A stretch of 64,000 bases of DNA from Octopus bimaculoides. Its lineage: Eukaryota. The notes beneath the pieces are model-generated. The model did not search any database. It was given only the letters and a program-made list of their open reading frames with translations, and was not told the DNA's origin. Of the stretch, positions 12,046 to 24,570 are shown piece by piece. The stretch covers positions 3,681,245 through 3,745,244 of the forward strand of contig NC_068988.1 of NCBI RefSeq assembly GCF_001194135.2, in the 5' to 3' direction. The position numbers and the translations under genes were made by a program. Within the stretch, counting starts at the first letter, position 1; every line of letters starts with the position of its first letter.

Positions 12046-13401
12046 CATGTGCTTAATGTGACATTAAGGGTTTTAACTCTTATTTCTTGCAGTATAGGTG
12101 CTATTCAGGACCCTCACTCACAATTAGGGATGATTAAATTTTTACTTTGTGGTTTTATATTGTGCCTAGCTGCTTATGTTAATTTTTAATAAATCATTTG
12201 GAACCCTCCTCATCATAACCAACAAAGTGCCAGTCTCTATATACATACATACATATATGCATATGTATATAAATGCAGTCAGTTTATATAAAAGAAAAAA
12301 GAACTTATAAAGTGATCATCCTTGTGTGCAATGTTAGTTCTACGTAAACTAGAATATCAAAAGTAATATGAAAAGATTTTGAAAGTGAAAAACATTAATA
12401 TGAAAGAATCGCTTTAAGAAATCAAAATTAAAAATAACTTCCACAAAGAAGAAAGTCTAGTGAAAGAAACCAATATTTCATACAATGTAAATGGAATCCA
12501 ATGATATTAAACTTGCTCAGTTTGAAAGGAGTGCTTTGTCTTATTCACAATAATAAGAAATCTTGAACCCATAACATTACAGCATTTTGGTTACTTTGTT
12601 ATAAACACAAATACACATACATTGTTATATTTTGGAAGAATCACTCTAAGTACATTTACATACATGCATAAAGTGAACTATTGAGAAATCTACAGTTACT
12701 CTATCTAGATTACAAGTTTAAGTGTATACCTGTAATTATTGGGGCTCTGGGATATGTAACACACTGCCTAAATACCAACCTTGAGAAATTAGGCTTCTTA
12801 AAATCAGAAAGGAGAAAGTTAATTTGAAGATTACAGATACAAACCATTACTGGAACTGTAAAAATCTGTAAAACTTTCCAGAAGTTTATCATTTAACTAT
12901 ATACGAGCATGTCTAGATATGTAACTATATGCATGAGAATACATACATAAAGCAAAACATACAAATTTGCATATATACATACAAAGAAAAATACCTTGTT
13001 GATGTTGAAATTTCAATGAAGGAGCCTTGGATCTAGGTTAGAAACTGGTTCTTTCTCTATTGGCAAGAAATCTTGAAATAAACTGAATAATGACAGACAT
13101 ACATGCATACATACATACATACAAACATATCAACTGTAAAAACCATGCAAAAGTAGATTTATGATTTACTGATAACACACACATTTGAAGAAATTAATAA
13201 AAGTGACTTTGCAGATAATTTTTCCATTTTAATGAAATGTTTATAAATCATTAGGTCTTTATAAACACAATTTATTAACTCCTTATAATTCACACACATC
13301 TAATTATTAAAGTGGCAAAATTATCAGAAAAACCAGTCCTATTTATTTTTTTGAAATATATAATACCGTTTCAAGGACTATCTATCTATCTGTGTGTGTG
13401 C

Positions 13402-13590
13402 ATCGTTGGCGATTTTCTTTCTCTGTCTTCACTTCTTTGGACTTTTCCTATATTTCTGACGAAGATCTCTGATCGAAATGTTAAATCCTCTTTCTTTTCT
13501 TTCCTTTCCTGAGCGTGCAATAACACTGTACTTATTCCACGTCCTCTCATTGTTTTTACGTGTTTTTTCTTGCTTGTTCATGTTTAAATT

Positions 13591-13592
<2 letters not shown>
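13402..13592 (+). mobile_element. Short non-coding interspersed element (family H) carrying a hammerhead motif
   Basis: Pyrimidine-rich ~190-bp unit between microsatellites, containing the HHR at 13452-13486. Its repetitive status is recalled from octopus DNA and is not shown within this window. Confidence 0.5.
13452..13486 (+). ncRNA. Minimal type I hammerhead ribozyme motif, intact catalytic core
   Basis: ATTT-CTGACGA-A-GATC-TCT-GATC-GAA-ATGT-T-AAAT: 4-bp stem I, 4-bp stem II, GUU cleavage triplet and near-palindromic stem III. Confidence 0.65.
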
Positions 13593-13593
<1 letters not shown>

Positions 13594-13672
<79 letters not shown>

Positions 13673-13692
13673 ATACACATACACACACACAC
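13594..13692. repeat. Compound (TA)n(GA)n(CA)n microsatellite
   Basis: Seen directly. Confidence 0.95.
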
Positions 13693-14694
13693 TAGCACCT
13701 TCCTTATCATTAATACTTTAATATAAATATCAAATGGATCTACAGACTACAACTATTCTTCATCCTGTAGTCATCTCAAAACTGCAATATATTTAAATCC
13801 AAGCCAACAATTCTTATGCTTTTTATTTCTCTTCTGCCAGCACAGTGATATTTCCCAGTCAGCACATAGCAGCACTTTGCGACCCATCATGGCTCATTTA
13901 TTTGCCTCAGATATTTATATCAATGTAGTCACCTGTGTGAGTTTTAGCATTGTTGCTTGACCAACAAGAAATAACCCCCCCAAAATCTCTAAGATCACAT
14001 GTCATTATCTCCATAGAAGGACATATAAAAGAAAAATAGAAGCATGAAGGCTGGAATATTATGCTGCAGAAGTCTGTACAACCATGGCTGATATATAACT
14101 AATGGACAACAACAATTTTAGCCGTTACCTTTAATACCTGATTGCTCTCTCAGCTCTTCTCTTGCACCATTTCTTTCTAACTTCACCAGTAGCCTTACCT
14201 TGAAAAAATCTCATAAGTAGGTAATAAGTCATATCCCATACTTTACACATCACTACATTTCATACATTGTGCTTATGGAATAGCTTTAAGACCAGCATAT
14301 CTTATAACTTCAAAATATATTAAAGATTGGAGAGATCATAGAAATGACTGTACCAAGGTAATGGATGCTAAATATAAGTCAGAAATCCATCTAAGCAGTT
14401 CAAGGCCTTAATGTTATAGGTGTTCTTACTTCTGCCGAGGAAACCGAGAAACCAAATAAAATCTTTCAACAAATATGCAGAGGAGGCTTAGAAAATGATT
14501 ATAAAAATAATTATTTGGCAATGGATAAGCTCTGGTAAAAGACATGGCAACCTCAATTTGTGTGGAAGAAGGAATAAGAATGCTAATAGTACAGGACTGT
14601 TTCATCTATGTAGACATACCTGCAGCGTCTTGGAAAATGGTAGCAAAAGCTATGAGAGAGGAGAATTCTTGGCCTCAAACTAAATAATACTTTT

Positions 14695-14815
14695 TTTTCT
14701 TTTATTTGTTTGTCATTTGACTGTGGCCATGCTGGAGCACTGCCTTTAGTCAAGGAGACTGAACCCAGAACCATAGGGTTGGTAAGCAAGCTGCTTACCA
14801 CAGAGCCACTCTTGC
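14695..14815 (-). mobile_element. Family C SINE, internally deleted
   Basis: 3' tail (GACTGTGGCCATGCTGGAGCAC) is joined directly to the tRNA head. Confidence 0.7.
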
Positions 14816-15060
14816 ACCTATAACTTGAATATTTTACTTCAACACATTGAGAATAAAAAAAATCTCATAACTAAAGAAAATATATTTTAAGTTATGAGAA
14901 CAATGAATGTTTGTCACTTAAAATTTGTATCTTTCTCAGGAGGAACATCGCAGCAATGCTTTCAGGAATATTGCTGTATTCTTTCATCCATTTTTTTACA
15001 CCAGATTTTCATGCTAGACTGGGTTAGACAAACATGCATCATTGATTTACTGTTCTCAAA

Positions 15061-15262
15061 TCTTGGCACAAAGCCAGCAATTTTGGGAGAGGAGGTAAGT
15101 CATTTACATTGACCCAGTACTCACTGGTATTGATTTTAATGATCCCAAAAGGATGAAAGTTTGACTCAAGTTTGGTGGATCTTGAACTCAGAGCATAAGT
15201 ATAGCTTAAATACCACTAAGCATCTTGCCCACTATGCTAACAATTCAGTCACCTCACCGCTT
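15061..15262 (-). mobile_element. Family B SINE
   Basis: Reverse-complement similarity to the B consensus. Confidence 0.7.
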
Positions 15263-15270
15263 TTGATGCC

Positions 15271-15314
<44 letters not shown>

Positions 15315-15667
15315 GTCTGGGGAGAGCCATATCGTCTTAATGCCTTTAGGCACCAGTGCAATTTCTACTCATTTATTATCTATATTTTTTCTATCAATAT
15401 CTTTTGCAGCCTTGCCAATGGATGTTGACACTGTCTCATTATTGCAAAAGCAACGAAAATTTTGGAAGAAAAAATATAAATAATAGATGAGTGGAAATCG
15501 AACCAGTGAGTGTTAGATAAGGCATTAAGACAATATGACTCTCCTCAGACACAACATAATTTGCTTCAACACATGAATTCACATAAAGAATTTTGCACAC
15601 CAGATACAAAATCGAAGTATGTGTGCGTGTGTATGTGTGTGTATGGCGTAGACACCATGCCACAACA

Positions 15668-15752
15668 GACAACTCCCCAGACGGCCAGCCCCTGTCAAAC
15701 CATCCAACCCATGCCAGCATGGAAAACGGACGTTAAATGATGCTGATGATAT
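15668..15752 (+). mobile_element. RTE 3'-tail fragment (family D)
   Basis: GTCAAACCATCCAACCCATGCCAGCATGGAAAACGGACGTTAAATGATG. Confidence 0.8.
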
Positions 15753-16844
15753 ATTACAAGTTCTTTAGTGATGTTTTTATAACTGATTTGGTTTACGTAA
15801 GACAGTCAGTCAGAAGACGTTAGCCGTGTAGAGTATAAACCACTGAGTATCTTAACTGTACATCATACAAAGAGATGCATGCTTGAAGATACAGTGAAAT
15901 GCCCAAATAAGTATATAAAATCTTTGTTCAAAAACCAGGAATCCTGAAAAGTATACGTACTAGCATCAGAAAATTCTCCATTATTGAACTTAACGTAGCT
16001 GATCTTCGTTGATGCTATAACTTTTTATGTGATAAATCTTACAAACAATAGTTGTTCCAAACTAAAATTCTATACTGCCTCATCTTAAAATGACTTCGAC
16101 TTTCAGGCATTCATTATTTTTGTCGGTACCAATTCCTATTGTTTTGTAGGGAGAGAATGCCGTACAGTGTTTGGTATGACTAAAGAAAAAAGACTGTTCC
16201 GACCGAGATAAGTTAAATGGTTCAAAGCAGACAACAAGAAGTTGAAAATCTCTTCCATTCACGCTGGCTACCAATATGTTCAATGAATAGATGTTGAATC
16301 AAAGTTGTTCAAAGCAAAATTCTTTCATCAGAAGCCACATTCTTGGAGAAGAAATGTAGCACTAAAAAGAGAAAAGTGGTTTATGTCTAAAATGGAGATA
16401 ATTGCTTGCATATCTTATATGCTTGAACTCCTGTAAACATGAAAGATTCCTGTTTTGTCCATTGCATTCATTGTAAAGGGTATCATGAGAGAGAAATATG
16501 CCACTATGCTTGCAGAAATATATATTTTTTTTAAACTGTTATATGAAATATAGATGTCTGTCAACCTGAAAGAATATCAGGGCATAAAAACTTAAAAGCT
16601 TCACTTCATAGCTCTTTTTATCTGATTCTATAATTGAACAATATAATAGGAGAGAGAAAAATATTTTTCTTATGGTAAAGGGACATAACTGACAGAAGTT
16701 TTCTCTAGTAAAGACTGTTAGTTAACACATGAAGTTTCCACTCTCATAATATTCTTTGAATTGATGCAAACAACCAATAGAATACAAGAATTCTGGCAGT
16801 CATTTTTGTGATAACTGACATAAAGAAATTTTCACACACACTCA

Positions 16845-16854
16845 CTCTCAGTCA

Positions 16855-16922
<68 letters not shown>
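16845..16922. repeat. (CA)n microsatellite
   Basis: Seen directly. Confidence 0.95.
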
Positions 16923-16925
<3 letters not shown>

Positions 16926-18510
16926 TATATTTTGTCAGTAAGTCTAATGCTTGGTATGTAAAACTAAGACAATTGTAACCTAAGATGAAAATATGGTCAG
17001 AGTTGTCTCCCTTGATCTTCTTGACAAATTATCATTAGAAAAAGGTATTAATGTCATTTTTTTCATTATGCATGTAATTTTTAAAGATTAAAAAATGTTG
17101 TAGTTTTGTCAGTACTTTATCCCTAGTTAGCTCTGTGTGTTTATTACTACAGTTTAAAAAAATGATGATGATATCCCTATGTCTACAAATTCTCGACAAC
17201 AATTTATTCTGGTTCCCTCTGGTACATCTTAAGAAGGTTAGAGTTACAGTTGGGGTTTCTGTAATTAAATTGCTTGTCTAATTAAAGTTAGCTGTTGAGG
17301 AAGAATAGGAGAAAGAGGCTTTCTCTGAATAGAAAGCCAGTCAATTGCAAGATTAACTCCAAGGAACCACTGCTATTCATTTTCAGCTCAGTCTAATGAA
17401 GCAAGTAAAATGAAACTTTTTACTCAAGGATGAAATACATGGAAAATGGTTGTTATTTTGAGGGACAGGCATCAAGTTGTACCTTTTATAAAAGTTAGCA
17501 ATTCAGATTTCAGTGTGTTGAGCCATTATTGTTTTTTTATCATCTTCTCAGGTATTCCCTAGTCATTAGAATGAGATGAGATAATTTGAGAATGGAGTGG
17601 AAGGAATGATGTGATTAGAATGATTCCAAAAATCTCAAGAAACATGCCTCACATTAGACAGACATAGGAGTGACCTAACTTATACTTTCAACAAGTTTGG
17701 CCTAAAAATCACAGTTTCCATCAACATAGCAGTAATACCAAAAGGTCTGCTCAAACTCTGAAGCTCTAATGAGGATGACAATCAGAAATGTAAAAGTAAT
17801 TGTAAATTGAAGAAAAATTGTCTAATTAATGTTGACTCTCTAATTCAAAATTGTCTAGTTTAAAGGTGGTTGTTTAATTAAAAATTGTTTACATAATTAA
17901 AATGATCATCTATACTTCTAAAGTCACAATCCTAAACTAAAGTTCAAAATCTGAAAGAAACAACATGGAAAGTCAGCTTTGGTCAAGCAGAGACAAGACC
18001 ACTGATAATCCAACCACGACGTTCTTGTCCTTTTCGATCTCTAAACAACAAGTTGTAACTTGTTGAAATTTGATTACTCTTTCTAGCAAGTCTAGTAACC
18101 AAATAGAGGCTTCTTTGCTGACTCAAGTGAAAATAACACTGACAGATGTGGCTTTAACCATGAATCTACTTTCATGTTAATAAACCAAGCAATTTCAACT
18201 TTGTAGAAATAGAAAATGATTCCTCATGCAGCAGTTCAATATATTGTAAAACAAACAACACCAGAATGTAACCATATCAAAATGCTGTTCTGAGAAAATA
18301 TTCTCCATGTTAAGTAAAGCTCAAATGATCTCCAGGAAGTAAACAGCACTCATTTGATCTCAGTGCTAAACGTCAGCAATGTATCTCTTTATCATTTTGA
18401 AAAGATTTCTTCATTGAAAATTCCATTTCATGAACACCTGGCCATCATGCTTTAATAGACATTAATAACAGGTAAACTACACACACAAAACACATGTGTA
18501 TACATTCTTG

Positions 18511-18551
<41 letters not shown>

Positions 18552-18638
18552 TTTATATGAAGCAAAATGGAGCTTCGACTCATTCATTAGAAATATCAGT
18601 TGAAACCTCCAAATCTAATTCAAACTTTTTACACACAC

Positions 18639-18669
<31 letters not shown>

Positions 18670-18679
18670 GTGTGTGTGT

Positions 18680-18890
18680 GTGTGTGTGTCTTCCACTGCT
18701 GCTTGACAACCAGTGCTGAAGTGTTTACTTCCACATAACTTAGCGGTTCAGCTAAAGGAAATAATAGAATAAGTAGCAGCCTTAAAGAAAAGAATAAATA
18801 CTGGGGTTGATTCATTCAATGAAAATCTTTCAAGGCGGTGCTCCAGCTTGGCCACTGTTTTATGACTGAAACCAATGAAAGATAAAAAGA
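18680..18890 (+). mobile_element. Family C SINE 3' half
   Basis: GCTTGACAACC..TAACTTAGCGGTTC..GGCGGTGCTCCAGC. Confidence 0.75.
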
Positions 18891-20064
18891 GATACCAGAG
18901 ATTTTCAGAGAGTTTTTCATGAACGTAAAAGATATCCTATTTCCTTTATACAAAGACATGCTTTGTAGATTAACAAATTATATTGAAGTAATAAAAACAG
19001 TGACAGTAATCATTAAAGATAACTTTTCTCCGTAATTCTAAACCATTGTCGGTAATTTTATAATAAATAAAAAAAAATAGGTCTATAATAATTCACGAGT
19101 TTAGAACTACTTACGGACGACGGACACTTTATGTTAAATAGTGTCAGATTTAGCAAGGGAATTCTTTTTAGTAGATACTTGGTGGTAATTGAGAAAAATG
19201 GTTTACTTATCACATCCCTGATAAATGACACTAGATTTCTAGATCAACTGTTATGTCCAAAAAATATATGAGGTTTTAATTGAGAAATTGTAAGTTTAAT
19301 TTCATTTTCCTTAACCTTATAAAACTATAATGTGTTTTTGTATGTGGGAAGCATTTTATATTGATTAAAATAAATTGCCAGATTACATTCAATTTGGTTT
19401 AAAGTATTTCATCAACAATAAATGAGGAGAATCTTTAATATTTGAAAGATTTGTTGGAGATCATCAGCTAATTTATTTACTAATAACAACCTATTAAGAA
19501 TATCATTTTTCTTTGAATTAATTTTGATTTCTTTTATTGCATTTCATACATTTTAATTACTATTATTCTCAACAAAGTGTCATAAATATTACATTTTTTC
19601 TATTATAGGTAATTAAGGAAATTACATAGATATTGATAATTATCAAGTCATTCATTTATGCTGGAACAGTCCCTAGTGTTGAGCTATGATTTATAAAAGA
19701 TATATCTTCCAAGAATATAATCTAATATCTTGGTGCTAATCTTTTGTCTCAATCTCATTTTCATCATCTTATAAATGTTTATCAATTCCAATATTGATTG
19801 GTTTTGAAACAATATTAAATATTAATTTTATCACATTCAATCTGAAGTAGTTTCTCCCGATCTTAAAAAGTGATTAGCAAAACATGTTTTTTAATCCCTA
19901 ATTAAAATAAGTTAAGAATGAATTTCAACAAATTTAATGTAACAATGAAAATGAAAATACTTGTCCTGATAGCCAATTCAAACACACGCACAAGCTCACC
20001 TTTATATTTGTTTTGTGATACAATATATCATTATGCGATACAATGAAATATTAATTGATTCTCT

Positions 20065-20258
20065 TTAACTCCTTAGTATTTAAACTGACCATATCTAACA
20101 CAAATAGTCTCCCAGTTTTAAGTTCAAACTGGCCAGATCCAGCCTCTCACACCTGCCCTACAATGCCATCATTGAAATCTCAAAGCTGTGAGATAATGAT
20201 TGATTATTTCAAAACAGTGTGAATAAATAAGCAAAGTAATCTGAATGCTAAAGGGTCA
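20065..20258 (-). mobile_element. piggyBac-like (TTAA) MITE, decayed
   Basis: Same internal sequence as the copies at 27495 and 32103, with degenerate TTAACCCTTTAG termini. Confidence 0.6.
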
Positions 20259-20584
20259 GAATACAATAAAATGGTATGAATTGTTCAAGAGATTTACCAA
20301 GATATGTGAAACCTGGTCACTGAAACAATTCCATCACAAAATGAAATAAAAGTGTGATTCTTCTACTATGAAATGATTTTAGTCTTTATTACAAAATATT
20401 TGGGTTTTCAGATATTACTGAAAGTAACCACCTTGAATACACCCACCCACCCTCCTGAAATGGCAGTAGTCATGTTGCTCTTTTACAGCATGACACCTGT
20501 TCAGTTCTCTTCCCTTCTTTCATTACCTTTACATCTTCTAGCATAAAACCACCTTCCACTGTGTCCCCATCCTAATCAAAGAAG

Positions 20585-20810
20585 ACCTTAGTCTGCAAGC
20601 TTCTTGGTGACCTCACAAATGCTGGTGCCAAACCACTAAAAAAACGAGGAAAAAAACCCCAACAGTACACTCTGTAAAGTAGTTGGTGTTAGGAAGAACA
20701 TCCAGCCATAGGAACCAAGCAGAATAAGTAGACATTAGGCATAATGCAGTCCTGGGATCCATTAGATACTTTTAAATAATCCAACTAATGATAATGATGG
20801 TGATGATGAC
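20585..20810 (+). mobile_element. Old family D (RTE-tail) repeat
   Basis: GTTGGTGTTAGGAAGAACATCCAGC core and (GAT)n end. Confidence 0.5.
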
Positions 20811-21239
20811 AGAGACGACAACGGTGACGACGAGGATCTGAGGACTATTTGGTTTTTTATTAGAAGCAGCTAAGCAGCCAGTTTTCAGATTTCATTAGAA
20901 ATAAAGTTGAACAAACTGAGAAAACACTTCAAACATTTCAAAAATGAGATCGTTTTCTCTTCTGTCAACTCGAACTGAACTCTGGTTGATTTATTTTAAT
21001 TCTAAGAATTACTCTACTAATCTATGCAAGAGAAGAGACTAGATGGCAGAATACATCTACAATTCTATGGCAAGTCATTCAGGCCACAGCTGAACCTCTT
21101 AAATAAAGCTAAAACCACATTGTATGATGTAGTTGAAATTACGTCATGCTTGAGAAGGCGAGAGCTAAAACATCTTTGATCTTGGTTGGCCAGGGTTGAA
21201 TGGAGGTTAAAATCTTTACCTCTACAACCAGCAGCAACA

Positions 21240-21242
<3 letters not shown>

Positions 21243-21303
<61 letters not shown>
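21243..21303. repeat. (TAA)n microsatellite
   Basis: Seen directly. Confidence 0.95.
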
Positions 21304-21305
<2 letters not shown>

Positions 21306-21778
21306 TATTCAAATACATTCTGTAGATAATAAATCACCTTCTAGCCATATGTGACATACATAAATCTCAAACTATAGAGACAAATTGATTAAATTTTAGT
21401 TGGAATTTAGTCAAAAAATATGCATTAATAATCAACTCTAATACTTTTCTAAATTTTGGGAAATAACTGAATATATTTAAGAACTAAAATTTTTCTTCTC
21501 GTATGTCTTGGTGTTAACTCTGTTAGTTATATTTATATCGTATAAGACATTTACTTCATAGTCTATTTTTTAAACCTGATATTTTGGGAGACATGCTAAG
21601 ATGCAAATACACATAATTAAATAGCTATAAATGCACATTCAAAGTTTTCATTAAATCAAACAACTTTGAAAACTATGAATAATATATTAACATTTTAATT
21701 TTTATACAAATCATAAATATACTTGTCTAGTTTGCAGTGTCAAGGATTGTACCTTGTAGTATCTACGTACGTGTAGTA

Positions 21779-21780
<2 letters not shown>

Positions 21781-21820
<40 letters not shown>
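21781..21820. repeat. (TG)n microsatellite
   Basis: Seen directly. Confidence 0.95.
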
Positions 21821-21822
<2 letters not shown>

Positions 21823-21878
21823 CGTGTGTGTTTAGCTCGCCCCTCTCTCCGCCTTTTATATTAGCGTCATCCTCTTTT

Positions 21879-22185
21879 GTGAAGGAGCATGGCTTACTGG
21901 TTTGGGTATTTGGATTATGATGCTAAAGCCGTGGGTTCAATTCCCAGCAGTGACCTTAAATGAGAAGCTTTATTTCCTGTTGCTCCAGCCCAGTCAGCTA
22001 GCAAAAATGAGTGGTACCTGTAATTCAAAGGGTTGTCTTTGTCACAGTCTGTATCACACTGAATCTCCCTGAGAATTATGTTAAGGGTAAACATGTCTGT
22101 GGAGTACTCAACCACAAGCACATTCGTTTCACAAGCAGACTTTTCTATTGATCAGATCAGCTGGAACACTTATGCAGTGGTGTCA
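21879..22185 (+). mobile_element. Family A SINE
   Basis: Matches the copies at 3894 and 40324. Confidence 0.75.
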
Positions 22186-22233
22186 AAATGTTCCCAGACT
22201 ACAGCTCCATATTTAAGAGAAGAGGAATTATTT

Positions 22234-22330
22234 ACATTATTTACATTTGCCGGATATTTGTCCTCATGGCGTAATAGTTAAGAACACAGGCTACAAACCC
22301 CAAGATTCCGAGTTTGATTCTAGGCAGTGA

Positions 22331-22380
<50 letters not shown>

Positions 22381-22508
22381 TCGAAAAATACCTTAGGAAT
22401 GAGAACCCAGGTTCAAAACTTCCCCAAGATACCCGATGAAGGCTGGAGGGTATATCAGCCGAACAACAAACAAGATGAGGACAAATATCTGTCAAATGTA
22501 AATAATGT
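22234..22508 (+). mobile_element. Family E: tRNA-headed element with internal (TAA)n and a hammerhead motif; this copy has a 34-bp inverted tail
   Basis: tRNA-like head TAGTTAAGAACAC..GAGTTTGATTC, (TAA)n, ..CCGATGAAGGCTGGAGGGTATATCAGCCGAA. Positions 22234-22267 are the reverse complement of 22475-22508 (2 mismatches). Confidence 0.8.
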
Positions 22509-24339
22509 TCCCAGATTAGTTCTGTAGCATGCCAACAAATGGCACCATATGGTTGTGTGCACAGTGAGAGCAAGCAGTTAAGGATTATTGCTGATGCAGC
22601 CAGAGGACAGCATCTGTTTCTCCATTTAATGAGACTTTTCCCTACATAACCTTGCAATGTACCTGCACACGTCATCAGTGACATGTCTTTTGGTTATTAA
22701 GTGTCTCAGATCTTTCAACATTATACACCCTTACTCAGGTGACACAGCTGGGGTTAATCAAATATCCTTGTTTGTATCCAATTATTATTACCCCTTGTAG
22801 TACAGCTCATTCAAGGAGTCACACCTTCCTCCCCAACTAACCTCCTGATGCACTTTTGCCAACTTGTCTTTGTGATGCCAAGCATCATGTTCGTTTTCAA
22901 TATTAATTCTTGCAAAGATGGTGGAAAACTGGCTGAATGGTTAGCATGCCAGGCAAAATGCTTAGCAGCATTTTGTCCATCAGTTCCTGGTTGCAGTCTT
23001 ATGTCACACTAAAAATAACTTTTCAGACATTTGACTTTGATATACCACATTAAGGAGTCAATATTCAACCATAGTAAAAATACTACATCTGATTATCTTT
23101 ACGAAATGCAAAGTTACCTCCCAGCTGTATCTGATTAATTTCATAATTAGTTTCATAATGAAAAGTGTCCATTAATTGTTTCCGATATGACAAGAAAATA
23201 ATTATCTAACTAGATTCATGAAATGACTTATTGATAGCCTTACATTTCTAAATCATTATTTTTAACTTTCATATAGCTCTCTCCTCCCTCAGTCCACTTA
23301 TTAACATTCATCACTGCTCCTTATTATTGCCTAACCCCTCTATTATTAACCATCCCTCTCTCTTCCTCCCACCTTCACTCTATTACTAACCACCACTCTC
23401 CCCACTCCTCCACTAATCATTATTTCTACCAACAACCCCTTACACCCTTCATCCTTTCCTAGTTTTTTCTTCTGTCATTGTTTGCTTTTCTATTCATCTT
23501 GGTGCTTACATTGCCTAGTGCAAGCAGTTTCACCTTAGACAAGTAAGGGTTCCATAATCTTATGAGGTAGAACACAATCTCCCTGATGCTGGTGCCATGT
23601 TAAAATGTTTTCACTTTGAAGTGGATGGCAAAAAATAGGGACTACATCAGGTCAATAGGACTTTTGGTCTTGTCATGGACAAGATAAATTCTTTAGTACT
23701 TCAGCTCGAACAAATAAATCCAGGGCCAGTGGTGGCTGGTAGATAAAATTGGGGGGGGGGGGCTGCTTCAGAAAATTTTTAGCCTTGTTTTAATATTGTG
23801 TAAAAGCAAACAAACACAAAAAAGAAACTTTATCCATAAACTTGATCAGTTCACGTTTTAGTCACTGCTGGATAGTGTGTTTAATTCATTCACTTGTTTT
23901 TCAAAAATCCCCCCTAAATCACAAAATAATGGGGGAAAATCTGCCCTATTTTTCAATTCCTGGCAGCAGCACTGTAGCTGGAAGCAGGATAATCATCTAA
24001 TTCTACACTTTATCACATTCAAGAATATAAACACATTTTTAGGCACAACACATGCAGAGTCAAAAATAAACATTACCATTCACCATTACACCAGGGTCAG
24101 CACTACACTAACCACAGTGCTTTCTCTCCCTAGCGTGCAGCTTCCTATCTCAGACATGTGAGCATGCGCACAACAGCCAAACACTACACTGCTGGAACTG
24201 TGAAACACACAGTTCTATACCAGGATTTTTTTTTTTTTTTCATAAATTAAGGGATGGCTACTGACATTAAGCTTAAAGATTATATAATGTACAAATATAA
24301 AGAAAGAATTAAAGAAAAAAAGGACTCATTATATTGAAT

Positions 24340-24570
24340 GTTATCGATAATATCGAGTGGAAATAAGAGGTGCTGTAGTTCTGCTGTGCCTATGCATGAA
24401 CCACCACTATCCAGGACATTTTGTAAAGTTAAAGTTAGGAAGGGGATCCAGCCACAGAAAACAAACATGTACAAGCAAGACCTGATTCTCTGATCCATCT
24501 AAGAGACATGAGGTTCAACCTGTGAAGACCTACTCAAACCTTTCGTGCATGGAAAGTGGATGAGGATATT
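24340..24570 (+). mobile_element. Old family D-like repeat
   Basis: GTTAGGAAGGGGATCCAGC core and GCATGGAAAGTGGATG end. Confidence 0.45.

Noticed and set aside
12990-13115. Repeat-like segment with CAATGAAGGAGCCT..AGGTTAGAAACTGG resembling a hammerhead layout
   Set aside because: It lacks the CUGANGA box and stem I does not close.
14607-14666. Minus-strand donor GCAG|GTATGT with 30- or 60-nt exon options
   Set aside because: The frame is ambiguous, no peptide is recognisable, and one acceptor overlaps a SINE tail.
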